From: Chloroflexota bacterium
Lineage (GTDB): Bacteria > Chloroflexota > UBA11872 > VXOZ01
DNA: 64,000 nt
Assembly (NCBI GenBank): GCA_963662335.2
Contig: CAXXVD010000003.1
Coordinates: forward strand, 512,001 to 576,000
Reading direction: 5' to 3'
The number at the start of each line of letters is the position of its first letter. Within the stretch, counting starts at the first letter, position 1. Below the pieces are notes generated by a model. The model was not told the DNA's origin. It did not search any database and saw only the letters and a program-made list of their open reading frames with translations. The position numbers and the translations under genes were made by a program. Below, in pieces: positions 10,141 to 19,783 of this stretch.

Positions 10141-11505
10141 CTAGCCGCCCAGACTGCTCAGGAACGTATCCATGATGGTCTGAAGCTCCACTTCGGTATC
10201 CCGCAGCGTCTCCTCGATGGTCTTTTCGCCGCCGAGGGCGGTCGGCACTACCCGAAGCGTGGCCCCAAGCATCTGAGGCGCGCCAGGCGCGGGGATGACG
10301 AAACGGCGGTTTTCCATCATTTCCACCGCGATCTGTAAGAAAGGATCGTTCTGGTGGTACGCCTCCTGGCGGGAAACGTCCGGCCGGATCGGGAGCGTGT
10401 TGAAATTGTGCGACCAGCGCACGTTCACGTCACCGCTGCCGAAGTATTCCAAGAACTTCCAGGCGTTCTCCGGCTGCTTGCTCTGGGTAGTCAGAATCCA
10501 GGTATGGCAACCGCCGTAGGTCATGTGGCGGCCGCCGGGCGGCGTGGGCCAATGCGCCACGTGATATTGCACGTCCGGCACATCCCGCTGCATGATGCTG
10601 TGGAGCGTGCTCGGCCAGTAGAGGTTGGCCACGTGGCCGTCGTAGAAGAGCAGATGGGGACGGGTATCCTTGCGGAAGTCTTCCAGCGCCTGCCAGCCGC
10701 CCTGCATCTCGTAGATCTTCATGAGCCAGCGCAGACCCTCGATACCCTCCGGCGTGTTGATGGTGACTTTACTGCCGTCATCGCTCAGCGTCTCGCCGCC
10801 CAACTGCCACATGGGCACCATCCAGATGCTGTTGATCTGCCAGAGGGGCGCAAACGCCACCTGTTCGGTGGTATCGCCGCTGATGCGCGTGAGCTTGGGG
10901 ATCGCCTCCTCCAACTCTTCCCAGCTTGCCGGCGGGTTCTCCACGTCCAGGCCGTTTTCCAGGTAGATGGTGTCGTTCATGTAGACCGGCCGCACGTCCG
11001 GGCCGAACGGCATGCCCTGGATCTGCCCCTGCCACGTAAGGTCGCGCTGCAGCGACGGCCAGATGTCTTCGCCGCGCACGACGTCAGACGCGGCCATGAA
11101 CGGACTCAGCGGCTGCCCGATCTCCAAGGCGGCGAGGGTCTGCGCCTGCCACGAGCCGGACTGGCCGATGTCCGGGCCGCTGCCGGCAGCCATGGCGGCC
11201 TGTAGTTGGGTGACGCGGTTGCCCTCGGGAATGGTCGGGTCTACCGTGAGACCGGGGTTCTGCTCCTCGAACTCCGCTACGACCTCGGCTCCCAGTCCCT
11301 CGCTGAGCGTCCAGAAGGGGACGGTGAAAATCGTGATCGTGTACGGCTCCGGCGCGGGCGCTTCCGTCGGCGCCGGCTCCGCCGCCGGCTTCTCTTCCAT
11401 GGTTTCCGCCGGCATGACGGCGGTACCGCATGCCGCCAGCAGGCCGGCCGCTCCGGTCAGCACGGCGCCGCGTAGTAGTGCTCTCCGGCTGGTCTTGACC
11501 CTCAT
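10141..11505 (-). CDS. Carbohydrate-type ABC solute-binding lipoprotein
   Basis: SRRALL twin-Arg-like signal, LAAC lipobox, Ala/Pro/Glu linker, GxxPD and P.SWEEL SBP motifs. Confidence 0.88.
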   Translation of the reverse strand: MRVKTSRRALLRGAVLTGAAGLLAACGTAVMPAETMEEKPAAEPAPTEAPAPEPYTITIFTVPFWTLSEGLGAEVVAEFEEQNPGLTVDPTIPEGNRVTQLQAAMAAGSGPDIGQSGSWQAQTLAALEIGQPLSPFMAASDVVRGEDIWPSLQRDLTWQGQIQGMPFGPDVRPVYMNDTIYLENGLDVENPPASWEELEEAIPKLTRISGDTTEQVAFAPLWQINSIWMVPMWQLGGETLSDDGSKVTINTPEGIEGLRWLMKIYEMQGGWQALEDFRKDTRPHLLFYDGHVANLYWPSTLHSIMQRDVPDVQYHVAHWPTPPGGRHMTYGGCHTWILTTQSKQPENAWKFLEYFGSGDVNVRWSHNFNTLPIRPDVSRQEAYHQNDPFLQIAVEMMENRRFVIPAPGAPQMLGATLRVVPTALGGEKTIEETLRDTEVELQTIMDTFLSSLGG

Positions 11506-11879
11506 CGTGGTCTCCTTTCGCCCGTTGCATGGGCACTCTGCGTGTACTCCTTCTTACCAAATGCCTTGCGTTGCGGACGAACGATTGCGGACCTCATGGC
11601 GGGCAGACGTGTTCTCAAGAAGATCCCTGCACCACGCGCCCTTGCAGCGGGCGGTGGACTTAGCCGATGAGGAATTGCCCTCGCCCCCGAGAGAGGGGGT
11701 AGTTTGCTGCGTGTCGAGGGTGCATCCGACCGAGACGCAGGGAGTATCTGCGCAATTGCCGGGAAAATGCAAAGATGACCGCAAGGCGGAGTGTCTACTA
11801 TGCCCCTTTCTCTAAACGACACTCTTGTCAAGAGTACACCGCACTGGCGCTGCGGGCAAACAGCCTGTGCTAAGGAGTC

Positions 11880-13307
11880 TCAGTCCTCGGCTACCCGCGC
11901 GACATAGCGCCGGATTTCCAGTTCCAGAGCGTCGCCCACGTCCGGGTGCTCAGCCAGCACGTTCCGCTGGTCGTAGGGATCGTCCGGCCGGTGGTAGAGT
12001 TCCGGCTCGGTGCGCTCTTGTCCATTGAGGAAGTAGAGGTAGCGCCACTCGTGGTCTTGCAGCGACCAGCAGCCCTGGTAGTGGCCCGAATAGGCGTAGT
12101 CGCGAACGCTCGCCGTTTCGCCGCGCAGCAGCGGCAGCACGCTGGCGCCGTGCATGGCGACGTCTTTGCGTCCGACGGCTAAGTCTTGCGGAAAAGTGCC
12201 GGCCGTGCGCGGCGCAATGTACGCCAGCGGCAGCGGCGTGGCAATGTCCAGCGCGTCCAGCACCGTCGGCATGAGGTCGGTGTGCTGCACCAGCGCCTCC
12301 ACGCGCGGCGGCGGCTCCGGCATCGACGCGCGCAGTTCCGTCGGCAGCTTGAGCACCCACGGCACGCGCACCAGTTCCTCGTAGTTCCACGGACGCGCCT
12401 TGCGCACGATGCCGTGCTCGCCGAACGGTTCGCCGTGGTCGCTGGTCCACATGAGCAAGGTATCGTCGTAGATGCCAAGATCCCGGATGTGGTCAAGCAG
12501 AATGCCCACCCACTTGTCCACGAACGTCACTTCGCCCGCGTAGAGTTCGAGGGTGCGTTGGAGTTCCTGCGGCGTGATGTAGCCTTCCACGGGCCCCGGC
12601 ACCGGATCGATGAGTTCTTGCCCGCTGTAGCCGGGGGTCTTGTACATGGACCAGTACGGCTCCGGCGGGTCCCACGGCTCGTGGGGATCGAAGTAGTCCA
12701 CCCAGAGGAAGAGCTTGTCGCGCACGCCTTTCTCCTTGACCGCACGATCCAGCCACTGCATGGCGGCTTGCGTCACCTGCGGCGTGAAGAAGTCTTCTTC
12801 ATCCCGGAAATGCGCGCGGTTGCGCAGGTATTGGACGTAGTACTCCTCCCACAGGGCGTCGCCTTGGTCGCCCCGCAGCCGGTGCCAGCGGCTCAGGTCC
12901 ACCGGCACGTCCTCCGTCACCCACGGGTCGATGGAGTTGCCGCGCACGAATTCAACCGTGCTGAAGCCCCGCCCGCAATTGAAGACCGGCTTATGCAGGT
13001 GGTAGGTGTCGGTTATTAGCGCAGATGAGAAACCCTTGTCCCAGAGCACTTCCGCCAGCAGGTAGTCGTCCAGCTTGAACGGCTGCCAGGGACGAAACGG
13101 GAAGTGCGTGCGGCCGGTCCAGAAGACGGTGCGCGCCGGCACCGTGGGCATGCTGTCGGCATAGGCGTGCAGGAAGGCCGTGCCGTCGGCGGCGAGGCGC
13201 TCCAGGTTGGGCGTCGCCACTTTAGCGCCGTGGTAGCGGTAGCAGAGCGGGTCCAGGCCGGTGTGGTCGGCGCGGAGACTATCGGTGCAGATGACGATGA
13301 TGTTCAT
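11880..13307 (-). CDS. Sulfatase-like hydrolase (Thr at the nucleophile position)
   Basis: NIIVICTDSLRAD, SMPTVPAR, DYFDPHEPWDPP, TSDHGEPFGEHG. Confidence 0.85.
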   Translation of the reverse strand: MNIIVICTDSLRADHTGLDPLCYRYHGAKVATPNLERLAADGTAFLHAYADSMPTVPARTVFWTGRTHFPFRPWQPFKLDDYLLAEVLWDKGFSSALITDTYHLHKPVFNCGRGFSTVEFVRGNSIDPWVTEDVPVDLSRWHRLRGDQGDALWEEYYVQYLRNRAHFRDEEDFFTPQVTQAAMQWLDRAVKEKGVRDKLFLWVDYFDPHEPWDPPEPYWSMYKTPGYSGQELIDPVPGPVEGYITPQELQRTLELYAGEVTFVDKWVGILLDHIRDLGIYDDTLLMWTSDHGEPFGEHGIVRKARPWNYEELVRVPWVLKLPTELRASMPEPPPRVEALVQHTDLMPTVLDALDIATPLPLAYIAPRTAGTFPQDLAVGRKDVAMHGASVLPLLRGETASVRDYAYSGHYQGCWSLQDHEWRYLYFLNGQERTEPELYHRPDDPYDQRNVLAEHPDVGDALELEIRRYVARVAED

Positions 13308-13601
13308 GAGAAGAGGCCACTCCTAGCTACATGACGAGCGGGGTGAGGGTTATCGAAATGAAGTGTAAATGGTGTGCGGCTTGGTTCACCCATCCCCGTG
13401 GGTCAAGCCCCGCGTCGGAAACGGGTCAGACTATGCGTACTGCTGCCATACAGGTGCAACTAACCGGAATCGGCATTGGTCCCCGTTCAACCCGAACGAG
13501 CATTCCCTATCAACCCTTGCCGTACACGCATAGAGTAGCGGGGGGCAAGCCCCAATGCTGTCGCCTTAAACAGAAAGGCAGCAAACTCGCGTCCATAATT
13601 T

Positions 13602-13695
13602 CCGGTAGCACAGGTTTGTAACCTGTGAATTTGTTAGGTCAATCCTTGCCGTGTCAGTTTCAATAACCCCGGCGGGGGACAAGCCCCCGCGCTAC
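13602..13695 (+). repeat. 94-bp composite REP element, copy 1
   Basis: Type A REP, a spacer containing TCAATCCTT, then an inverted GGGGGACAAGCCCCCGCGCTAC; same length as copies at 19641 and 21261. Confidence 0.85.
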
Positions 13696-13763
13696 TCTGA
13701 TACCGGACGCAGCAAACATCCAGTGCAATCCTATCCGTTCGTTAGTCTTTCGGCAGTAGTTCG

Positions 13764-14867
13764 CTAGCGGAACTGCGGCACGTCGAGCCAGACGCCGCCT
13801 TGCATGGCCGCCTCGTGGGCGATGATGCCGGGGGCGGTGAACTCCACGGCGCGCACGGCGTCAATAGGGGCCTTGGTGTTGGTGTCGATCGCGTCAATGA
13901 AGTCCTGCACCAGGAAGAACTCGGACGTACCATGGCCGCCAAGCAGGGCCTCCGGCGGTGCGTTGGGATCCACGAGCGGGCAGTCAATCTCTTGCGCCCC
14001 GGTCTGTTTGGACATCGTATCCACGTTAAAGTAACGTCCGGTTGAATAACGTCCGGTTGCAGCGCGGTTTTCTACGTAGCGACCGTTCTCGATAAACCCC
14101 TTGGCGCCGTAGAGCGAGGAAAAGGCCAACTGCGGATGCCGGAGCGCTACCTGGCTACGCTGTATTTTGATGACGCTGCCCTTCTCGGTATGAAAGAGCC
14201 CAACTTCCATATCCAGGTGGCCTAAGTCCTCTTCTTCCGGGAAGATGTTCCTGCCGGCGGACGCGCCGGTGGCCTTTACGATGCGGTCGTCCATGAGCGT
14301 GAGTAACGGCCCCAGCGGGTGCGCGCAATACCAAATCGGCGGGCGCGTCAGGCGCCACTTGGGCGTGCCGGTGTCCGGGTCGCGCAGCAAGTGCGCGATC
14401 TCGTGAATGTAATCCGCCTCCGCATAGAAGAGCGTGCCGAGGTCCCCCCGCGTGATGAGTTTGCGCCACTCGCGGATGTAATGAAAATAGCAGTGATTCT
14501 CCACCATCATGTAGACGTTGCCGGTACGCTCTTGGGCGGAAATGACCGCTTCACACTCATCCAGCGTGTAGGCGACGGTCTGTTCACAGAGCACGTGCTT
14601 GCCGCTCTCCAAGGCGGCGATGGACTGTGCTGCGTGAAACTCGATAGGCGTGGCGATCACAACGATATCCAGCGCAGCGTTGACGAATTCGTCGAATGCC
14701 GTGTAGAGCGCACTATCGGGCAGGTTGAAGTCTCCGCCCACAGTGGCGAGAAGCTCTTCCTTGAGATCACAAAGAGCCGCAACTGCGACGCGTGGATGCG
14801 CGGCCATGGCGCGCAAGAGCGCGCCGCCGCGGTGGAGACCGACAAAGCCGACTTTCAGGTTCTCCAC
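13764..14867 (-). CDS. Gfo/Idh/MocA family oxidoreductase
   Basis: KVGFVGLHRG, IATP..H, GKHVLCEQ, GGHGTSE. Confidence 0.85.
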   Translation of the reverse strand: MENLKVGFVGLHRGGALLRAMAAHPRVAVAALCDLKEELLATVGGDFNLPDSALYTAFDEFVNAALDIVVIATPIEFHAAQSIAALESGKHVLCEQTVAYTLDECEAVISAQERTGNVYMMVENHCYFHYIREWRKLITRGDLGTLFYAEADYIHEIAHLLRDPDTGTPKWRLTRPPIWYCAHPLGPLLTLMDDRIVKATGASAGRNIFPEEEDLGHLDMEVGLFHTEKGSVIKIQRSQVALRHPQLAFSSLYGAKGFIENGRYVENRAATGRYSTGRYFNVDTMSKQTGAQEIDCPLVDPNAPPEALLGGHGTSEFFLVQDFIDAIDTNTKAPIDAVRAVEFTAPGIIAHEAAMQGGVWLDVPQFR

Positions 14868-15082
14868 TGCATTGCCTTCCCATCTCTCAAATGAGCAGGA
14901 TCGCTTCGGGGACTACCTTGCGCCGCTCACAAGCGAGACCTGCGTCGGCACGCTTGCGCCGTACTTCCGTCAAGGTGGATGGGGCCGCGTAAGCGTATCC
15001 CGGGTTGGCGGGCTATCGTGCGCTTCAGCGTGTCGCTACGCGACGGGCCGGAAATCCGCGCACGCATGCGAAGCAGTCCGAC

Positions 15083-16462
15083 CTAAAGGGAATCAGCCCA
15101 CTTATCCAGGATGGCCTGCACTTCCACTTCCTTCTGCGCCAGCGCCTCTTCCGGCGTCACCTTGCCCGTGGAGGCGTTCACCCACGCGGTGCGATCGGCG
15201 CTGAGGATCTCATCGTTACCGGGAATCACCGGCACCCACTTAGCTACCTTAATCTCATCCATGACGGGTATGGCATGGGGCGCAGAGCTGCGGTACTCGT
15301 CGGATCGCGCGATGGATTCCAGCGCCGGCACGAGACCAAGCCCATCTGCCCACGTAAGCTGGCTCTCCTTGGTCATGAGATGCTCGACGAAGCGGAACGC
15401 TTGGTCTGGGTGCCCACCGACTTGCGGCATAGCAATCGACCAGCCGCCCAGGTAGTTCGTCCGCAGCCCGCCTTCAGGTATTGGCAGACCGCCCACGCCC
15501 CAGGTCACGGACGCGCCCCAGTTTTGGTAGCGCCGCGTGGTGCTGGCGCCGTTATGCACCATCATGGAGACGCGGCCCACGGTGAAGTGATCGTTCTGCG
15601 AGGGATTCGTGTTGCCCAGCGCCGCGGTGATGCCCTCCAGTCCGCCCTGGAGATCAAGCAGGCCCAGCATGAATTTGAATGCGCCGAGACCGGCATCGTT
15701 GTTGAAGTTCGGCTTGCGGTTGTCGGGCGTCAGGTACTCGCCGCCGAGTTGCCAGAACCAGATGTACCACTGCAGGAAGTGCGGCGGATTGCCCCACGTG
15801 GGGGTGAACCCAATGCGCTCCACCGCTTCGCCGCTGGTCTTGTAGAGCCGCGAAACTGCGGACTCCAGTTCGTCCCAGGTACCCACCGGCGCCTCGGGGT
15901 CCAGGCCGATCTCGATGAAGTGCTCTTTATTCCAATGTAACGCGCGTCCGTCGCAATGCAAGGGCACCGCGTAGATCTTGCCTTTCCACGTCACGTCATC
16001 GCGGAGCTTGGGCCAGAAATCCTCCCAAACGAAGACGCTGGTTGCATTTACCCGCGGGGTGAGGTCGGCCAGAAAGCCCGCCGCGGAGAATTGACCGGCC
16101 AGGTAGCGGTCCAAGTAGAAGACCTCGGGCGGCGACCCGGCCGCCGCCGCGGTGATGAACTTCTCCTTGGCGCGCAAGCCAACGGGGATGGGCTGGACTT
16201 CTACGTTTATGTCCGGGTTCTGTTCGTTAAACCGCTCTACGATGGTGGAGGCCGGGTGGTCCGGGGTGGCGAAGACGCTGGCGGCCCAAAAGCTGATGGT
16301 CACGGGTTCTGCGGGTGCGGGCGCCGCTTCCTCGGCGGCGGGCGCCTCGCCCTCTGTCGGTGGCGCGGCCGCAGGCGCCGCGCCGCACGCGGCGAGCACG
16401 ATCCCTCCACTCATCACGCCGGCAGTCGCGAACAATCTCCTGCGCGAAACTAACGTCGCCAT
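15083..16462 (-). CDS. Carbohydrate-type ABC solute-binding lipoprotein
   Basis: SRRRLF...LAAC, AP-rich linker, GSPPE, YAVP, P.TWDEL; strong AGGAGG RBS. Confidence 0.88.
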   Translation of the reverse strand: MATLVSRRRLFATAGVMSGGIVLAACGAAPAAAPPTEGEAPAAEEAAPAPAEPVTISFWAASVFATPDHPASTIVERFNEQNPDINVEVQPIPVGLRAKEKFITAAAAGSPPEVFYLDRYLAGQFSAAGFLADLTPRVNATSVFVWEDFWPKLRDDVTWKGKIYAVPLHCDGRALHWNKEHFIEIGLDPEAPVGTWDELESAVSRLYKTSGEAVERIGFTPTWGNPPHFLQWYIWFWQLGGEYLTPDNRKPNFNNDAGLGAFKFMLGLLDLQGGLEGITAALGNTNPSQNDHFTVGRVSMMVHNGASTTRRYQNWGASVTWGVGGLPIPEGGLRTNYLGGWSIAMPQVGGHPDQAFRFVEHLMTKESQLTWADGLGLVPALESIARSDEYRSSAPHAIPVMDEIKVAKWVPVIPGNDEILSADRTAWVNASTGKVTPEEALAQKEVEVQAILDKWADSL

Positions 16463-16744
16463 GATACTCCTCCTTGTCTAGAGGCATATAACACATACTA
16501 TATACCATAAAACACAAGGGAATGCAACGGTCTGGAATGTGAGTCTAACCTATTTCTGGGGAGGGCTTAAGCCGCCGGTAGGTAGAAAAATGGGCCATCC
16601 GGCGAGCGTCAACGGAGTTGAGCGAAGCAATACAAGGCGTGCGTTCCGCCGCAACCCTTGAGCGCGATTAGGGCTGCACATCCGGTTCCGCCGCACGGCA
16701 GCCGACCGGCCCCTTACAGGAATGTACTTAGCGCTATCCGGTTG

Positions 16745-17347
16745 CTAGAAGGGCAGGCTAAAGGCAAAGAGTTCGCGCAGGATGGCCCAGATGCTGCTGT
16801 AGACGGCGCCGACCCAGAAGATGCCGTTCAGGGTGGTGCCGATGACGACGAGGGTGTAGGCGCGCACGCCTTTGATCCGCAGCACCCAGATGAGCGGCAG
16901 GCCGGCCATGGTGGGACCGGAGAAGGTGTAGACCGCCAGGATCCCCAGGTCGCGCCGCAGGTCCGAGGCGCGGATCAGCCGCCGGGTGCGCTCCAGATGC
17001 CGGGTCTTGGCGCGTATCCAGTCCAGGAGGTCAAGCTCGATCGAGAGCAGGTAGAGGAGCGCGCTGTTGAGGACGATCATCACCGCGATGGTGGCGGCGG
17101 TGGCCACGACCGGGTTGAAGCGCAGGATGAGATAGTTGGAGAAGACCGTGACGATGATGTCGATGGAAGGCCAGAGCGCCACCGTGACCAGGCGGCGCAG
17201 GAGCTTCCGCGCGGCAAGCGGCCCCACGGCGCGCAACTGCACACGGTTGACGAGCGTCGTCACGCGGCTTTTCAGACTGCGGCGTGCGGGCGGCCTGTTC
17301 GGCGAGGATGCGGTCATGAGACTCCCTACCATCCCTTGCCCAGACAT
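16745..17347 (-). CDS. Hypothetical membrane protein (about 4 TM); start may be 17317
   Basis: Several hydrophobic segments, GC3-rich codon usage, co-oriented just downstream of the glxD-like gene. Confidence 0.6.
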   Translation of the reverse strand: MSGQGMVGSLMTASSPNRPPARRSLKSRVTTLVNRVQLRAVGPLAARKLLRRLVTVALWPSIDIIVTVFSNYLILRFNPVVATAATIAVMIVLNSALLYLLSIELDLLDWIRAKTRHLERTRRLIRASDLRRDLGILAVYTFSGPTMAGLPLIWVLRIKGVRAYTLVVIGTTLNGIFWVGAVYSSIWAILRELFAFSLPF

Positions 17348-17407
17348 GACGGCATGTGGAAGCGCGTGACACCGCGCGGCAATCGTCGTTCCGCGCTTAC
17401 GGCGGCG

Positions 17408-18700
17408 TCAGCGGCCAATCACGGTGTCCATGCCCACCAGCGGCACGTTGGTGATCAGGGAAGCCTCCAGGCTCAGGGCGCGCAGGTCTTCCGCTTCCAG
17501 GTCGTGCACGTTGGCTTTGCCGCAGGCCCGCGCCAGCAGTTGGATTTCTTGCGTCAAGGTGGCGATAAAGTTTGCCAGGTGATGCGCGGCGTCTTCGAAA
17601 CCGGGTAGGTCCGCGAACCCGTCGGGGGCGGCAGTGGCGCGCTCACCGGCGGCGGCCGCACCATCCGTCCCGCCGTCGCGTTGGTTCGCGCCGGTCTCCG
17701 ACTGCGCCCACGGCTCCAGGGAAGCCAGGGCGGCGGTGCCGATCGAGACGGCGTCCGCGCCCAGCGCCAGGGCCTTGGCCACGTCCGCGCCGCCGCGGAT
17801 GCCGCCACAGAGGATCAGGTTGACCTCGTCCTCCAGTCCCAGGTCCTGCAGCGCGCGCCGCGCCTGGCAGACCGCCGCCATGCCGGGCACGCCGGTGTGT
17901 TCGTTCAGGATTGCCGGGCCGGTGGACGCGCCGGCTTCCATCCCCTCCACGGTCACGATGTCCGCGCCGGCCTTGGCCGCAAGCTGGACGTCGTCGTAGA
18001 CGTGGGCGGCGCTGATCTTCACGATGATGGGCGCTTGCCAGTCGGTGGCTTCCCGCAATTCCTCCACCTTCTTGGGCAGATCGTCTGAGCCTACCCAGTC
18101 CGGGTGCCGCGTCGGCGAATGGGAGAGTTGGGAATAGGCCGTCTCTTGCACCGCGCGGGCCGACTGCGCCGCGCCGGGGCGGTCGTGGTAGGGCATGCCG
18201 ATGCTGGGGCTCACGCCGCGCACGCTCACAAGCTCGATCACGTCGGCTTGCCGCAGATGCCGGGGCGAAAAACCGCTGCGGCTGGGCAGCACTTCATAGG
18301 AAAGGAGCGTGGCGTACTGCCGTTCCGCCGCCAACATGCCGCCGTGGCCGGTGGTATAGAGGATGCCGGCGCGCGCCGCTCCGTACGCCAGCGCGGCCCG
18401 CACGGCCGGCGGCAGCAGCCGCGCGCCCATGCCGGCAATCGTTACCGGCGTGCTCAGCGCCAGCGGCCGCGCGGCAAAGCGCGTCCCCAACGTGGTCGCG
18501 GTGGTGCACTGCTCGTAGAAAGACTCCAGGGGCACGCGGGTCAACGAGCAGGGGACGAGCGTCAGGTCGTCGAACGTGGGGAGATTGCGCGCCCGGCCCG
18601 CGCCCCCCACGCGAAAGCGACCGGTTTCCGCCTTCTCTTGGATTTCGGCGTACACCTGCGGGGTATAGGTGGCGCTTTCAGTTCGTTCCGGTGATTCCAT
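17408..18700 (-). CDS. FMN-binding glutamate synthase family protein (GlxD/MgsC-like, divergent)
   Basis: FDDL...SLTRVPLE, RHPDWVGSDDL, ELREATDWQAPIIVK, AKAGAD, GGIRGGADVAKALALGADAVSIGTAA, LARACGK. Confidence 0.85.
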   Translation of the reverse strand: MESPERTESATYTPQVYAEIQEKAETGRFRVGGAGRARNLPTFDDLTLVPCSLTRVPLESFYEQCTTATTLGTRFAARPLALSTPVTIAGMGARLLPPAVRAALAYGAARAGILYTTGHGGMLAAERQYATLLSYEVLPSRSGFSPRHLRQADVIELVSVRGVSPSIGMPYHDRPGAAQSARAVQETAYSQLSHSPTRHPDWVGSDDLPKKVEELREATDWQAPIIVKISAAHVYDDVQLAAKAGADIVTVEGMEAGASTGPAILNEHTGVPGMAAVCQARRALQDLGLEDEVNLILCGGIRGGADVAKALALGADAVSIGTAALASLEPWAQSETGANQRDGGTDGAAAAGERATAAPDGFADLPGFEDAAHHLANFIATLTQEIQLLARACGKANVHDLEAEDLRALSLEASLITNVPLVGMDTVIGR

Positions 18701-18709
18701 GATCCGGTA

Positions 18710-19375
18710 TCAGCCTCCGGCGCGTTGGGCGCTCGCCGCGCCGCCGGCGCCAAACTTGCGGAACGGACGCGCGTGCGCCAGGCCGGCGGCGGCGACGATC
18801 TCTGCCACGCGGGCGTGTTCAGCCGGTGTCGGCTCGCATTCCACCACGCCTTCGCCAAGCTGCTCCACCGCTCCCGCGACGAAGATGCGGCCGCCGTCCA
18901 TGCCGTGGCCCAGCCGTTCGCTTGCGTTGCCGCAGACGATCAGGTCGCCGCGATGCATCATGAAGCCGCTCATGAAGCCTACGTTGCCCCCTACTACCAC
19001 CATACCACCAAGCATGGCGATGCCGGTGCGCGCGGCCGCGTTGCCGTGCACGCAGACCATGCCGTTGTGGATCGCGGCGCCGGTGGCGTTGCCTGCGTGC
19101 CCGCGCACGACCACGCTGCCGCTCTGGAGTCCTTCCGCCGTGCTCCAGCCGGCGCTGCCGAGAATCTCGACCGTAGGCCCGTCGCCCATGGCCCCGCAGT
19201 AGTAGCCCACCGTGCCGCCAAAGATGAGGCGCGCGGGTTGGAACAACGCCACGCCCAGGCTGTGCCGGCCCCGCGGGTCGTACACGTGGATGTCGCGCTC
19301 ACCCTGCGCCAGCGCGCGGCGAATGAGTTGGTTGACCTCGCGGGTGGAACGGTCTACGGCTTCAATGAAGAACAT
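18710..19375 (-). CDS. GXGXG-motif GltB/FmdC/FwdC-like protein (GlxC/MgsB-like)
   Basis: HSLGV, GTVGYYCG, repeated V.G.AG beta-helix turns, RTGIAMLGG, GFMSGFM. Confidence 0.85.
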   Translation of the reverse strand: MFFIEAVDRSTREVNQLIRRALAQGERDIHVYDPRGRHSLGVALFQPARLIFGGTVGYYCGAMGDGPTVEILGSAGWSTAEGLQSGSVVVRGHAGNATGAAIHNGMVCVHGNAAARTGIAMLGGMVVVGGNVGFMSGFMMHRGDLIVCGNASERLGHGMDGGRIFVAGAVEQLGEGVVECEPTPAEHARVAEIVAAAGLAHARPFRKFGAGGAASAQRAGG

Positions 19376-19404
19376 CGTCTTACCATAGGAGCAGGGCGAC
19401 CGAG

Positions 19405-19765
19405 CACGTCATTCCCCTGAATAGGGTGGCAGCCGCCGTCATTGCTCTGAAAACAGCGCGACCGGCTCCGTCATTCCCGCGCACGCGGGAATCCATCTGC
19501 TCCGCGCGCCACAAGGATGGATTCCCGCGTGCGCGGGAATGACGGTGCGGCGCCCTGCCCCCATACTCGTTCCCTTGGGTGACCGTCGGGCGGCCATGGC
19601 GATTACTCTGGTAGGGCACGTCGCTAACCTCCCGGAGTCTCCGGTAGCGCAGGTTTGTAATCTGCGAAGATGTTAGCTCAATCCTTTGCGTGTCAATTTC
19701 AACAGTTCCGGCGGGGGACAAGCCCCCGCGCTACGGCCCAGATTCCTCGCCGCGCTCGGAATGAC
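19405..19765. repeat. Mosaic of REP-like palindromes between the glxB-like and glxC-like genes
   Basis: Inverted pair GTCATTCCCGCGCACGCGGGAATCC...GGATTCCCGCGTGCGCGGGAATGAC (19468-19545), 94-bp composite copy 2 (19641-19734), and GATTCCTCGCCGCGCTCGGAATGAC (19741-19765). Confidence 0.8.
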
Positions 19766-19783
19766 GTGATTTGTCAGCGTCAC

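Noticed and set aside
13331-13621. 96-aa plus-strand ORF
   Set aside because: It runs through REP sequences and the sulfatase upstream region, with atypical composition and no motif.
19380-19721. 113-aa ORF between the glxB-like and glxC-like genes
   Set aside because: It is simply the translation of stacked REP palindromes (RHSRARGNP, MDSRVRGND).
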